Origin: Candidatus Bathyarchaeota archaeon
Lineage (GTDB): Archaea > Thermoproteota > Bathyarchaeia > Bathyarchaeales > DTEX01
NCBI GenBank assembly: GCA_963714275.1
Contig: CAVQNT010000007.1
Coordinates: 157,447-221,446 of the forward strand
DNA: 64,000 bases
Reading direction: 5' to 3'
The notes beneath the pieces are model-generated. The model ran no database searches and was not told the DNA's origin. It worked only from the letters and a program-made list of their open reading frames with translations. Numbering within the stretch: the first letter of the stretch is position 1; each line of letters opens with the position of its first letter. Shown piece after piece: positions 1 to 12,411 of this stretch. The position numbers and the translations under genes were made by a program.

Positions 1-740
1 GTTGCTGTTGTGAATTGTCCCGTTTCTTTGAAGACTCTGAATCGGGATGCGTCTTTATACATTTTGACGTTGTGGAACGACACGACGACCGTTGAGGAGA
101 TGCTCTTAGCGATTTTCTGGTCGATCTCGCCCAGTTCCTCGTCAGTAAACTGGTAGACGTTGTGTTGTCCTTTACCGAAAACCCGCGTATATAGAATGTC
201 AGACTCAAAAGCTGGGTTCTCCCTCGAAAGGTCAACGCTGTGAACTATGCCTTGGTCGCTCATCAATTCGATCAGGTCTCGCGGAATGTTTTCACCTTCA
301 TTTTGCCTGACTTCCCAAACAAGCTTGGTTCCTTGATGATTTACGCTGTTCAGAAAGTTTTTTACAGCATCTATCTTTTTGGTGCTGAAACGGGTTCTGG
401 CTGGAGTCTCCAACACTAAAAACTTTGCCTTTAATACTTCGCAGACTTCGGTCATGACGTTGAAGGTTTTTATGGCTTCTTCGGTTGGCTCCATCTCGTA
501 AGTATGTGTTACGTCCTTGTGGCAACGGATAGCAAACTCGAAATCGCGCGGAACCCTTTCTCTCCAAGATTCAACTAGTTCAGCGCTTGGAACCTTGTAG
601 AATGTTGAGTTTACCTCGACGAAGTTGAAGGCTCTCGCGTACGCCTCTAACGATTTTAAGCCGGGAATCTGGAAGTAAGCCCATCCGCCGGTGCCTATGA
701 GGAGTTCCGCAATCTTCTCGTCACTGTTAATTACGTGCAA
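1..740 (-). CDS. DUF72 family protein (runs off the window edge)
   Basis: Manual translation gives LLIGTGGWAYF...AYARAFNFVEVNSTFYKVP, the typical DUF72 N-terminal motifs. In-frame TTG at 740; the start is uncertain. Confidence 0.85.
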   Translation of the reverse strand, partial: MHVINSDEKIAELLIGTGGWAYFQIPGLKSLEAYARAFNFVEVNSTFYKVPSAELVESWRERVPRDFEFAIRCHKDVTHTYEMEPTEEAIKTFNVMTEVCEVLKAKFLVLETPARTRFSTKKIDAVKNFLNSVNHQGTKLVWEVRQNEGENIPRDLIELMSDQGIVHSVDLSRENPAFESDILYTRVFGKGQHNVYQFTDEELGEIDQKIAKSISSTVVVSFHNVKMYKDASRFRVFKETGQFTTA

Positions 741-813
741 CAAATATTTTTCCCTAAAATATTAAAGCAATGTTTCATTTAAATCATATAAGTATATTCA
801 GGAGTGAAAGGGC

Positions 814-2325
814 GTGCATCACGAAATGATCTTAAAGCTTCGAAAACTTCAATCAATCTTCGTTGTATTATTGATTTGCCTAACTTTCCCAACGTTTACA
901 TCAGTCCGCTTAACGGAAGGACAAATAGAACAAAATTACACTTACTATGGCGTTGTGCCCTCAAAAATTTACGTATATACACTTAATGACGTGAACAACC
1001 TAACCTCAGGATGGATACTGGGAAACGAAACTGCACTTAACACGGGGTCTCCATTTCATAATGGCTTCACAGTTGCCTTGAAATCAATGCTTGCGATCGT
1101 TGCCTCTGAGGATGACACCAATATAGAAATTTTTGATCTATCGACAAGCAATCGGATTTCCTAAGATCATTTGAATGGCATGGGGAAGCTCCTTGTTTTA
1201 CTCGATAATGGCACGCAATTTAAAGTAGTCTCAGACAAGATGATTTCTGTTATGCTTTTGAATTATCAACAGAATCCTCCCGACAATGTTCAGGAGGGAC
1301 CGCTGCCCCACACCTTTTATCCGTCTATTAATGGCTTATATGTTGACAAAGAATTCGTGTTGATGGCTTCTGAACAAACAGCCACTATTCCAAACACGCT
1401 TTACACGATACTGACAATAGAAAGGTCCACAGTCACTGTTACTGATGACGAAGGCAACCAAAATTCGTATGTTCTTGATGCCAACTTTTACAAGTATTTG
1501 ATGTTTGAACCCTTCAGAGTTTACATAATTGAATCGACAGGCAACATCATGGTGCAGTCAGGCATAATATTGTCTGCTTTGGGAGGAGCCAACTACAGAA
1601 ATTCTTATCCTGCGCCTTCAGCTGAAGGAGGATTCGTCGGAAAGTTCTTCTTTGCAAGGTCAGAAACTGACTGGTACGCTGGAATGGATTATGGATACCT
1701 AGCATTGGCTTCTGAGGACACACAGGTGAAAGTGTTTGATCTTGACTCAAAACAAGTGATAAATGACTTTTCGGTACAAGGAGGAAGCGGAGTCTGGTTC
1801 AAACCTTTAGCAAACACCATAGCCGTGCAGAGCGACAAACCAATCACGCTGACGTTCATCAACAACGGCACCATCCAACAAAATCCAATAAAGTACGGCG
1901 TAGGAGTAATGTTCGTCGGCATTCAACCAACCGAAGACACTATGATTTATTTGCCCACAGCAGCGTACATCGAGGCATACTTCTTCGCAAACGAGGTAAC
2001 CCAACTGACAATTGACGGTTACACCCAAACAATTCAAGCGGATTCCAGCATTCTATACACATTGCCGGGAATTCACATGGTCAGTTCCGACGCCAACGTC
2101 GTTCTGCAAATTAACTTCTGGTCGAACGAACCTGAATACCAAGGTCTCTGGTTCACTGGCGCAGCAATATCGTGCATCGAAACAGTGGACGCTGTCCCAA
2201 CTGTAACGTTGACGCCTATTGAGGGCTTTCCGATCATATATGTAGTAATTGGAGCAGTTGTTGCTGGAGTCGCTGCAATTGTCGGCATTGTAGTAATGAG
2301 AAGACGCGGCGGCAAACCCAACTAG
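814..2325 (+). CDS. Membrane-anchored surface protein with IgGFc-binding-like beta domains (split at ~1164)
   Basis: N-terminal signal peptide, repeated IVASEDDTNIEI / LASEDTQVKV and VVSDKMI / VQSDKPI motifs, C-terminal TM plus RRR tail. ORFs 814-1164 and 1171-2325 are in the same frame, separated by a stop. Confidence 0.6.
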
Positions 2326-2562
2326 AGCACTCAAAGGTCTCAACTCATAAAATTCATGAAGAGATTAAAGACGATTCGAAATATTATTCAATATTGGAAC
2401 TATGATTTTTTTAAAGAAGGGAAGAATTTGTCAGGACTGCTCTTTGGCACAAGTGACTGGTCACATAAATATAAACTCTAATGTCATACAAAACAGACTA
2501 GACAATTTCATAGGCACTAATGATGAGATGATGGATTCATTTTGATAAATAAGAATGTTTTA

Positions 2563-5165
2563 CTAACTAAGCTTGATCTTCAATGTTTGACCTTTTTCTA
2601 TTAATGTAGGTTCCAGAAGCACTATGATGTTGTTTCGAGTCTTCTTAATTTTCGCGTTTATTTTTCTGCCTTTCAAAGTCATGGCCAAGGTATTATTTCT
2701 ATTTTCAACCTTGGGTAACTCAAGCATCTCTAGACGCAATGAACCATATTCGAGCTTAACACTGAACTCAGCGTCTTCCTTGTTTATTTTCTGTGAATAA
2801 AGACCCCAGCCAGTGGCTGTCGAAAAGAAGGTTCTGAAATCCTCCTGATTGACCTTAGGCGCGAACGCTAAGTACCTTTGTGGCGCGGAATACTTGAATC
2901 CCGTTAAAGCAAGAAGAACGGCGTAGCTCGCCATGGAACGGGCGTAATGGTGGCCACATTCAAATTCGTCCCACGGATTCCGCCTGTCCCCTCTGTGGCG
3001 TTCACGGACTCCTTTGACGATGGATAGTCCCTCTTTCAGCATATCTTCGTAAATCATGTGGCTGGCAACTTGGTATTCTATGCCACACCAGACTTCGTCA
3101 GCGAAATAAAAGGCGTATCCCGGGCGTTCTCCCTTTGGCCACGTGCATATGACTAACCCAGCGTCGTCGTTAACTGCGTAAATACGTAGAAAACAGGGGT
3201 GGTCAGACAAATTAGACTTCCAGTTGTACTTAAAGACCGAATTTAAAGCCTTTCTAACGTTGGATGCCTTGTAAAGGTACCCAAGACTAAGCATGTGCGC
3301 ATACCATTGTCCAATCATTTGGTCTGAAAGGCACCCTTTTCCGTACTGCCATTTTGGCCATTCTTTGAACAAATCGTCTTTCCCGTGTCTTTCAGTCATT
3401 TCTTGGTAATGTTTCGGCCAGATTCGATGAGCCATCGGATTCACTTTTTGTTCATAGTATTCGCTGTTGAACAGGTTTTCATCGGTCCACTTAGAACCCT
3501 TCCTGAACAGTTCGAAATATTCTCTGGCTTTATCGTACTCGTCGAACTTTTCTGCCATTTTTTGGGCTGCACGGAGAGCGGCAAGATAAAGGCTTCCCAT
3601 CATGGTGTTGGGTCCATAAAATTCAATATCGTAGGTGTTGTGCTGCATTCCTTCCATGACGCCATCTTTGTCAGCGTCCCAATACTTCCAAGCGAACTCT
3701 AATACTTTTTTTACAGTCGACCAGATTGACTTCAGCCACTCGTCGTCTCCAGAAATAAGCCATTCACGATACGCTTGGATGACTATACCCATCTGGCCAT
3801 CCCCAGCTGGATGAAAACTGGGTTCAGCCTTATTTCCAAGAGGCAAGGGCATGCGGAAGGTCATGAACCCATCTTTTTCAACGCAGTTGGTCAAATGCGC
3901 CTTAAGCATTGACCGTTGAAGGCTAGGAAAAATGTAGGGAAGAGCTTGGGCATAGTTCCAAACGTGCGTGCAAGAACCTTCGCAGCAGCCGTAAGTGTTA
4001 CCTGACCCTTCGAAACCGTAAAATGATCCATCCTCCAGACGCAAACAGGTCGTAGTCTTCAGGGTGGAAAGCTGGGAACTCACCGCATCCATGACGTGAG
4101 TGGGTAATGTTGTCGAAAGAAGCGAGTCGCGAAACAGACTTCGTTTCTTCTGAAAGACGTTTGAGGTTAGTAGCAGAATATTGGATGATCTCCCAAGCGT
4201 CTTTCCATACGCTTGAATAATAGTTTCTCCACGTGACAGATTTTTGTTGCTTGTCTTCTCTCCCCCAATAGCGTTCATAATTCGGGAAGTGCCAAGCAAG
4301 AATGAAAACAACTGAAGCCTTAGCGTGAGGTTTAATGACTATATTGGCTGCCACGGTTCCAGTGTTTGAACCTTCAATATTTGTCGGTGGAAAACCTTCT
4401 GAAAGAACAATTGCTTCCCAGAACTTAGATAATCTTGCATCCTTCCATCGGACCCAAACCGAAGAATCTGGACAAGTAGTGGCAAGAGCTATTGTTCCGT
4501 ATTTTGATGAATCAAAAGCAATCTTGGTGTTGGATAAGTAAAGCCCAGTAATTATGCCGTCTTTTCTTACTTCGTTATTTTGTCCGCCATCATCTCGATC
4601 GCCAATTATGTTGGTAAGATTTCCGTAAACTGTCGCTGAAACTTTTTTGTCGCTTGTATTTTCAAAACTGTAGACAAAAATAGCGACTGGAATGCTTGAG
4701 TCCTTTTCATTTAGTGGAATAAAAGGATTGAACGCCTCGAGAATTACTCTAAGCGGAACTTCATGATCCTCAAGCTCCAACGTGGCAGTGGGAAAGGTTC
4801 CTGTGAAGACAGACTTTTCCGAAATGCGGTAAACCTTGACCAACATCGTTTTTGTCATGTGAGGAAACAAGAGAATGACCTTCGCCAACATAAGACCCGC
4901 CAACAGGACCCTGCAAAATTCTGATGATTGGGGATTCATTGTTAGAATGTACCTTAAGCGTGAAGAAGGCGAATGGAATTACAAACCCTTTTGAGGGTTT
5001 GTTCATGATTTCGAAGTCTCGAAGTTGACCCCATCCTCCTAGGCTTACGGATCCTGTGCCGATTCCGCCTAAGGGGAAAGCGATTTCGTCTAGGTTCCGT
5101 CCGACGTATGAAAGTTGAGGTCCGATGTTGTTTAGGTCTTTCCGTGTGTACCGATTTTTTTCCAT
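2563..5165 (-). CDS. GH116 beta-glucosidase / glucosylceramidase (GBA2-like), frameshifted
   Basis: Motifs IAFPLGGIGTGSV, SCTHVWNYAQA, QHNTYDIEFYG, GCLSDQMIGQW and ECGHHYARSMASY are spread over three overlapping ORFs. Confidence 0.9.
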
Positions 5166-5371
5166 TTATGCCACCTTTTTAATGTATCTGTTGAATATAT
5201 GTTATTTTACATCAATACCAAATTCAAAAATAACATTAACGGTTTATTTAAAAAACTATTAACAGGCAACAAGGATAACCGTCCGAAAAACAATAACATG
5301 CTAGAAGAAAGAAATCCTGTAGCCAGTATGATTAATAAAAACAGTTAATTCAGTTTATTTTTTGGTTTTGG

Positions 5372-7730
5372 TTATTTTTGGGAACCGCTTTGAAGAAGCT
5401 CTGTAGACCTGAAAATTATCCTGTCCATGTCATCTATGTGGCTTCTGATGCCTAAGAGTTCTTTTTCAAGATTCGTTAACTTGTTTTGCAGCTTACTGTT
5501 TTCGAGCTCGAAAACTGCTTGGGTCAGTTCGCCTAATGAGTATCTTACGTCAAGTTCTATTATTTGGTCCTTTAACGAGGTAATGTCAGACTTCAAGGTT
5601 TATGATATGTTCAATTCGACTACGCCTTGTTGAAATCCATTTTTCAGAAACTGTGGTTAGACGCTGTTTGCAGATTGAAACCGCTTTTTCAGCCTGTTCA
5701 TGGTTGGTGATGAGCGACGGATTTTGGTTAAAGAATGATAAGTACTGTTCAATAATTGATAGTTCTTTGTCCATGGTGAGTGAGAATAACGCTGAATCAA
5801 TTTTTAATATTAAGCCTTCCCACTTTCCAAGACTCGGAGAGTAGACTGTTAATCCAGCCCTGGTTTCTGCCCAGTAATTGCTTTCTATAACGTCCGTGTA
5901 TCCTCTAACGTATCGGAGGTCTTCGCTTTTTGGGGCGACAATCGTCTTGACTGCTTTTGATTCTTTGTTTATGATCTCCTTGTTCTTAGATTTTTCAATT
6001 GTCGCCTTGGCTCTGATTACACTCCAAGTTTTCTCTTAAAACAAAAAGGTCCTCAACCGATGCAGATAGCCGTTTGCTGAGGTCTTCCGCAATGAAGTCA
6101 TATGCGCTCTGTGGAATCTCGCCATTTTTTATTAGCTTGGTGACTTCCTCAAGCCTTATGGATGTTTCTTCAATCTGCTTGGTGTACTGTTGAAAAGTGG
6201 TGATGTTGTCATTTATTTCATTTTCAAGATGTTTTGATGTAACTTCGGGAAGTGGAGTGATCTTTTTTTCTTCCTGCAGACGAACAGGCTGAAACTCGCT
6301 CAATTCAGTTTGAACATTTGCTAAACTCACGGTCAACACAGGCTTTTCGACACCTTTTGAACGCATGTACCTAAACAACGTGAAAATTGTTACAAGTGCG
6401 AAAATTACTGATGGCAGAAACAGGAGGCCTCTCCACTCGTACATGAGAAACTGAGTTCCCGTAACTACCAAGAATGAACTAAACCCTTCAGGGGGCGCGA
6501 AAAGATGGAAAACTTCTTCAAGCGTTTTTCCCTTAACCTCAATCTTGTGTAGGTCGTTTGTGCCAAGCCCTTTCTGTGCACTAAGCACCAAGCTTGGTAT
6601 CTTTTCAGCGTCAAAACCCATAATTGTCGAAGCTACGGTGTCAGTGGCTACTGGGTCTTTCCCAACAATTATTAAACCTAAGTCAACTGGATCTCCATCG
6701 TGTGGTCCTTCTCCCTCCATAGCAACTCTTCCATCAATGATTGTTAAGTTGATTTTTCTTGCTGAGTTAAGATCCGCTATGACGCCACCAAGGTAAGTGT
6801 CTCCTACCTGTGTACTGCATTATGAAGCTGCATGTGGTTTGCTGAATTTTGTACGCTATAGACCGAGCCCGCTGAAATGCCTACTAGGTTTTTCATCCCT
6901 AACGTAACAACAGCAGTGTTGTGGGTTTTCATGCAAGCAAGCGAAATGAAGACATCTGCTTCCACAACTTTACTATTGAACTTGAAACTATCAAAAACAT
7001 AACCCCCTCTGGGAACAGGAACATCAACAATGTCACCATAATTAAGATCGACCAGCTCCACTCCTGGAATACTAGCTATCGACGAGTACCCTAACAAATT
7101 GAAATTCGTCATAGTGTCGCCTTCTCCGGTTCCATCTCCAACCCAGATAACACTAGGGTTTCTCTGCTTAATGATGTTGATAAGCGCCTGCACAATGGCT
7201 GGATCTGTAGTGTCCGGAGGTGATTGGGGACGGACAATGTTTGGTTTTATGAGGACTTTTGCGCCTTCAGGAATTATGGACGCGATGCCTCCCAAATAGT
7301 CTAAAGCAGTCCGGAGAGACTGGTCCAAATCGTTGTTTTCTACCTGCACAACAGAAACTTCAGCAGCTTTCTGAGTAAGCGTCGTTCGAGATGCTATAAC
7401 ACTCCAAGGATTGAAAACGATGTTAAAGTACGCTGCCAGTCCTAAAGACAGGATTGTGAAACAAAGCAGCGTTGACAGAAGGATCAGATGTCCCCTTCTG
7501 GAACGAGTTGCCTTGTTGTAAGCTCTGGGGACAACATTTTTTATGAGGTTAACAAAAAAGGCAAAAAATGGGTAAACAAGAAATGTGTAACTGTTGACAG
7601 CAGCAGCCCTTTGGCAAGGATAAACGATGCGGGAAGGTTTTGTTCCAGATCTGTAAATCAGCCAAGCAATGCTGGCTAAACCGATGACTAGTGTGCTTTG
7701 GTTCAACCTTTTATAGAGATTCTTTGGCAT
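5372..7730 (-). CDS. DUF362 (Fe-S oxidoreductase-like) protein with TM helix and C-terminal CdvA-like coiled coil, frameshifted
   Basis: Motifs KPSRIVYPCQRAA, VLIKPNIV, MKTHNTAVVTLGMKNLVG, MEGEGP and DPVATD, then a TM helix and a coiled coil with GEIPQSAY and ELDVRYSLGEL. Confidence 0.7.
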
Positions 7731-7951
7731 GGAAACCAAATGTGAACCTTCTTGTTTTGTTCCTAGAATAATCTTTTTCGTCAAGTCTTATGAATATTTC
7801 TAAAAGAACAGAAAAATCTGCATTGGGCAATACCTTTTACCCGGTAACAATATAGCCGTCGCAAAAACATCATGCATTCCTTAACGATTATATTCTGAGG
7901 TTTTAAACCTTATAAATGAAGAAAATATGAAATTCTAATTAGTGATGTTCT

Positions 7952-8314
7952 ATGTCTGGAACAAATGAAGGAATAAAGTCGATGGCTGAACTTCTTCGTT
8001 CTGGGGCAACCATGACCAATCTGTCCTGCCCAGCGTGTTCTTCGCCCCTTTTCAGGTTAAAAAACAAAGTATTATGGTGTGCTCAATGCCAGAAGAAAGT
8101 GGTTGTAGTCAAGGAAGACGAAAAGGTTGAGGAACCTCAGATACCAACATCACTTGGTACGACAAAAACCGTTCTTACAGCCAAAATTTTGGAGATCAAA
8201 GAACGTATCCAAAAAGAAAGTGATCTTGACGAACTGCAAAAATTGAGCTCGGTTTTATCAACTTTGCTCGATGACCTCGACAAGGTAAAAAAGCTTAGAA
8301 AACAAAGACTTTGA
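7952..8314 (+). CDS. Autoantigen p27 / UPF0148 Zn-ribbon protein
   Basis: MAELLRSGATMTNLSCPACSSPLF...WCAQC. Confidence 0.85.
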   Translation: MSGTNEGIKSMAELLRSGATMTNLSCPACSSPLFRLKNKVLWCAQCQKKVVVVKEDEKVEEPQIPTSLGTTKTVLTAKILEIKERIQKESDLDELQKLSSVLSTLLDDLDKVKKLRKQRL

Positions 8315-8332
8315 TTGTTCAGAGGATAAAAC

Positions 8333-8884
8333 TTGATTGGGCTATACGAAAATTTTCCAGATGTTCATCATGGCATCGCACATTATTCGAGCACGGTTCC
8401 AACTCAGGACCTTCAGAGAACTTTGTTGCAGTTTCTGCGAAGGTTGAACGAAAAAAAGGAGAATCTGAGTCTCGCGGAATTTATTCGACACAAGGTTCGA
8501 GTAGAGTTGGATGTTGGAATAGCAGATGGGCTTGCCTTCGACTACCTGAACAAAGAGAACTTTAAACGCTGTTTGAACGAAATCTCAAAAAACGCGTTGC
8601 CTGCACTTGACCTATTCATTGTTGTCCGTTACTATGTTCCCGACGGAGCGAAACGGAGGCCACTTAAGTTCGATTATTTCTTAGTAAGGATTCTGTTCAG
8701 AGAGCAAGAAGTCGAGATGCTCGTTCATCATGAAAGAGGCCCACGTCATCTTGCTGTTGAGGAGCTTATCGAGTTTCATTTTAACAGAATCAATCGAGAA
8801 CTGAAGGCTCAAGGAATGAATCCTTTAGAACATGTTTTAACCCGACTGTCTAACTTTTTTAGTCGACCCAAAACCATAGCCTGA
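8333..8884 (+). CDS. Hypothetical protein
   Basis: 183-aa ORF following the p27 gene, protein-like composition. Confidence 0.65.
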   Translation: MIGLYENFPDVHHGIAHYSSTVPTQDLQRTLLQFLRRLNEKKENLSLAEFIRHKVRVELDVGIADGLAFDYLNKENFKRCLNEISKNALPALDLFIVVRYYVPDGAKRRPLKFDYFLVRILFREQEVEMLVHHERGPRHLAVEELIEFHFNRINRELKAQGMNPLEHVLTRLSNFFSRPKTIA

Positions 8885-9447
8885 ATGTCTTTGGCTGCTT
8901 CTTCCATAGACCGTTTGCCGTTAATGCGGATTAACTCTTTTTCTTGGACAAGTTTGAGGTAGATTTCCTCCACCTTTTTCTGTGTGTCAAGTTTTTCCAT
9001 GACTGACTTTGTACTTCGATATCGCTGTGTCAAGACCTTAACGGGAACATCGAGGTAAATGGCTAAGTCGGGTTTCAAAGCCTGATTGTTGATCTCTTTG
9101 ATCCAGTTTACACTTAGACCAGCTGCGCCTTGATAGGCTAGAGATGAATACACGTAACGGTCTGAGACCACTATCCTTCCTTTTTCTAACATAGGCTTAA
9201 CCTCGTTTACAATGTGGTCGGCTCTGTCCGCAGCGAACAGAAGAGCCTCGATAACCGTGGGTACGCGGTCTTTTCTTTGCAGAACGTATTTTCTTATGAA
9301 CCTGCCGATTTCTCTGTCGCTGGGTTCTGTCGTGAAGACTGCGTCGAAGCCTTTTTTGCATAGAGCCTCAACGAGTAGAACTGACTGCGTGGTTTTTCCG
9401 CTTTTGTCAAGTCCTTCGATGCAAACAAAAAATCCTTTTTGGTTCAC
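8809..9447 (-). CDS. tmk: Thymidylate kinase
   Basis: P-loop IEGLDKSGKTTQ, LLFAADRADH, DRYVYSSLAYQG. Confidence 0.95.
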   Translation of the reverse strand: MNQKGFFVCIEGLDKSGKTTQSVLLVEALCKKGFDAVFTTEPSDREIGRFIRKYVLQRKDRVPTVIEALLFAADRADHIVNEVKPMLEKGRIVVSDRYVYSSLAYQGAAGLSVNWIKEINNQALKPDLAIYLDVPVKVLTQRYRSTKSVMEKLDTQKKVEEIYLKLVQEKELIRINGKRSMEEAAKDIQAMVLGRLKKLDSRVKTCSKGFIP

Positions 9448-9674
9448 TTTCCATCACACGTTTTGAAGTCTATTAACGTTCCTGTTAGGCTGATCTTAAT
9501 CTGTTATATTAACACATTATATTCATTTTGATAACTGTCTTGGTTTAAATAATTTTAAACACTGATCCCCCCCTTTTACTGCTTGCTGCGCAACTCATTT
9601 AAAGGTCAAAGAAAAATTATTGGGCATGCAGGCTCTTGAAGTTGCGGAAGCACCGTTATCTTGGAGGATTAGTC

Positions 9675-10583
9675 ATGTTCAGGTTCAACAGTAAACAAAC
9701 GGTTTATGACATCGGCGGAGTAAAAGTAGGCGGAGAAGCAGGCGAAAACCCGACAGTCATGATCGGCAGCATCTTTTACAGGGGCGACAAAATCGTCAGG
9801 GACGAGAAAACGGGGGATTTTGACAGAGAAAAAGCCCGCGAAATGGTGTCTAAGGTTGAAGAAATGTGCGAGCGAACTGGACTCTCAGCCATGCTAGACG
9901 TGGTTTGCACCTACGCGGAGAACACACGAGGTTATCTGGAATTCGCAGCTGACGCTACACGTATGCCGTTGTTGGTAGATGCTGTTTCCGAGGAAGCAGC
10001 GCTGGCGGGAATGGATTGTGCTAAGGAACTTGGCATAATCGACAGGACAGTTTTGAACTCCATCACGCCTGAAACCAAAGAAAAAATCTTTGCAAAAATC
10101 AGAGAAACAGGCTTAAGGGCAGCTATACTTCTCACTTACAGCACAAAAGCCATAATTTCGTCGAAAGAAAGAATCATCCTCCTTGAAGCTATGCTTCCGA
10201 AGGCTGAAGCTGCGGGAATAGAGAAGACTCTTGTTGACACGGTTGTGGTTGACATCGCCACGCTTGGACTAGCATGCAAGGCGATTCGTGAAGTGAAAGA
10301 CAGGTTCGGACTTCCCGCTGGGTGTGGAGCTCACAATGCTATCTCTTCATGGAAAGCCCTCAGAGAAAAGAAGGATAAGTTATTGACTTCAACGTGTTCT
10401 TCAGTGGCGAACAGTCTGCCGGTGGCTTTGGGGGCGGATTTCGTTCTGTACGGTCCGATTAATGAGGCTGCTACTGTCTTTCCTGCTATTGGTTTAGTGA
10501 ATGCTGCGTATGGGCAGGGGTTGATGGAAGAGGGGAAACGGTTAAGCACGTCTCATCCAAGGTTTCGCATAGCCCGATTCTAG
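9675..10583 (+). CDS. mtrH: MtrH-family methyltetrahydropterin:corrinoid methyltransferase
   Basis: GGEAGENPTVMIGSIFY, GLPAGCGAHNA, GADFVLYGPI. GGAGG precedes the ATG at 9675. No other mtr genes are adjacent. Confidence 0.85.
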   Translation: MFRFNSKQTVYDIGGVKVGGEAGENPTVMIGSIFYRGDKIVRDEKTGDFDREKAREMVSKVEEMCERTGLSAMLDVVCTYAENTRGYLEFAADATRMPLLVDAVSEEAALAGMDCAKELGIIDRTVLNSITPETKEKIFAKIRETGLRAAILLTYSTKAIISSKERIILLEAMLPKAEAAGIEKTLVDTVVVDIATLGLACKAIREVKDRFGLPAGCGAHNAISSWKALREKKDKLLTSTCSSVANSLPVALGADFVLYGPINEAATVFPAIGLVNAAYGQGLMEEGKRLSTSHPRFRIARF

Positions 10584-10658
10584 CAGACACTATTCCGTAA
10601 GGCTTAATAATTGACGTAGAAACGAATTCTTCTTTAGCCAAAGTCGAAAGCTCCTCAA

Positions 10659-10737
10659 GCGGCTGTGGTCTAGTCTGGTCTTGGACTCAAGCCTTCCAAG
10701 CTTGCAATCCCGGGTTCAAATCCCGGCAGCCGCACCA
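10659..10737 (+). tRNA. tRNA-Gly (TCC), CCA encoded
   Basis: Acceptor stem GCGGCTG/CAGCCGC, anticodon arm CAAGC-CTTCCAA-GCTTG, T arm CCGGG-TTCAAAT-CCCGG, 3' ACCA. Confidence 0.95.
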
Positions 10738-10842
10738 CAATACTTTTTCTATAATCATTATAGACCTTTAGTCTGGTCTGATTTGTTCATCAACCGAATT
10801 TAAGTCACTAATATTTAAGTCCTAGTAATAAGGGAAATAAGA

Positions 10843-11118
10843 ATGAAGAATCTTATAATACATGAGAAATGGCTTAATCTTATTATGGTAGGTGAGAAAG
10901 TTTGGGAAATAAGAAGTCAAGATACAAAATTTAGAGGAGAAATAGGCTTAGGATATAGAGGACATCGGTATGGTACTTCTTTGTTAGTAGATGTAAAAGA
11001 GAATGTCTTTAGAAGAACTTAACAATATTTTGATAAACACAAAGTACCTTTACAGGATTTAAAGAAATATTTGCATGGAAAGAACTTTGGTTACACAACC
11101 TGTATTAGAACAACATGA
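10843..11118 (+). pseudogene. ASCH-domain protein, frameshifted
   Basis: MKNLIIHEKWLNLIMVGEKVWEIRSQDTKFRGEIGL contains the ASCH GxKxxExR motif; the frame breaks near 11010-11025. Confidence 0.7.
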
Positions 11119-11180
11119 CATTTTGGGTGTGAAAAACCGTAAAGTCACATAGATGATGTGTATATTCCTAGAGCAAGGAG

Positions 11181-12066
11181 GTGATAAAAATGAAAAGAAA
11201 CGATGACGATGACCATGACCATGAAAAGCAACCGTGGAGCTTTAATAAAAAACTGAGTGTCGTAATACTCATATGCATAATAGCAGGTGCAACAGCTGAA
11301 TTTAGCATAAGAATGATAGTAACGATACCAGCAGGTTACAAAGGAGTGGTATTGACATTTGGTCAAGCAGTATATGTTCTAGATGAAGGATTACATTTCA
11401 TCAATCCAATATCAGACCAAGTGGTTCTCATGAACATCATGATTAACAAAGTAGAAACTGAAGAATCAGCAGCATCTCAAGACTTGCAGGAAGTAACAGC
11501 CACTTTAGCTGTGAACTACAAACTAGAACCTGCATACGTTCTTGACACATATAAAAACATGAGGAATGAGTACGAAGATACTGTGATAAAGCCAAATATT
11601 GAAGAATGCATCAAAGCAGTAACTGCGACCTTTAAAGCAGAAGAACTCATAACAAAACGTGCGGAAGTCAAAGACTAAAGTGGATGAATTATTGAGTACA
11701 AGATTGCAACAGTACCACATTGATGTCATATCAGTGTCTATCACAAACTTCGCATTCTCAACCGAGTTCAACAAAGCCATAGAAGCGAAAGTTACTGCTG
11801 AACAGCGAGCATTGGAAGCAAAGAATAAGCTGGAGCAGATTAGATATGAGGCTCAGCAACAGGTCATTCAAGCTGAAGCATACTACAATGCAACGATAAC
11901 CAAAGCCAGAGCAGACTCAGAGGCTATGCTACTTCTAAAAATATCATTAAGTTCAGAATACCTACAGTATCAAGCATTGCTGAAATGGGACGGAAAACTG
12001 CCATATCTGTTTGGTGGTGGTGTGTTGCCGTTCATTGACATATCCACTAATTCCACAAAACCATAA
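11181..12066 (+). CDS. SPFH / prohibitin family protein (frameshift ~11675)
   Basis: TM, IPAGYKGVVLTFG, EGLHFINP, AASQDLQEV, FNKAIEAKVTAEQ, KWDGKLP. Confidence 0.9.
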
Positions 12067-12150
12067 CCTCTCTAGCTAACTCACTAGTTTTCATTGTTTG
12101 GTGACTAAAATCTCATATACAGCCATTAGCTAGCTAGCTATAATTTAACT

Positions 12151-12411
12151 TTAGTTTTCAAGATCCTCGTAAGCATTGTTGTATCCAGCATCATAAAGCT
12201 TAATCAGGACTTCATATAAATCCGTCGTGTGTCTTGAAATAGGCTTTCCCTCTTTCGTAGCATTAATGATAAAATTAGGATCGGTTTGAAGAAGAAAGTC
12301 CTTGATTATATTTAACTTATCCATTTCTTCTATTAATTTTGAAATTTCTTTTAATGCTTTTGTTACAGCTTCAGTCCTCTTATTTACTTGGCTCAATTCT
12401 TTTATCACCAA
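12151..12411 (-). CDS. Hypothetical protein
   Basis: 86-aa ORF in the AT-rich island. Confidence 0.4.
   Translation of the reverse strand: MVIKELSQVNKRTEAVTKALKEISKLIEEMDKLNIIKDFLLQTDPNFIINATKEGKPISRHTTDLYEVLIKLYDAGYNNAYEDLEN

Noticed and set aside
12127-12140. TAGCTAGCTAG as the artificial CTAGCTAGCTAG contig-joining linker
   Set aside because: The copies vary in sequence and length, have no Ns, are sometimes under 60 bp apart and are tied to conserved arms, so they look biological. Read support should still be checked.
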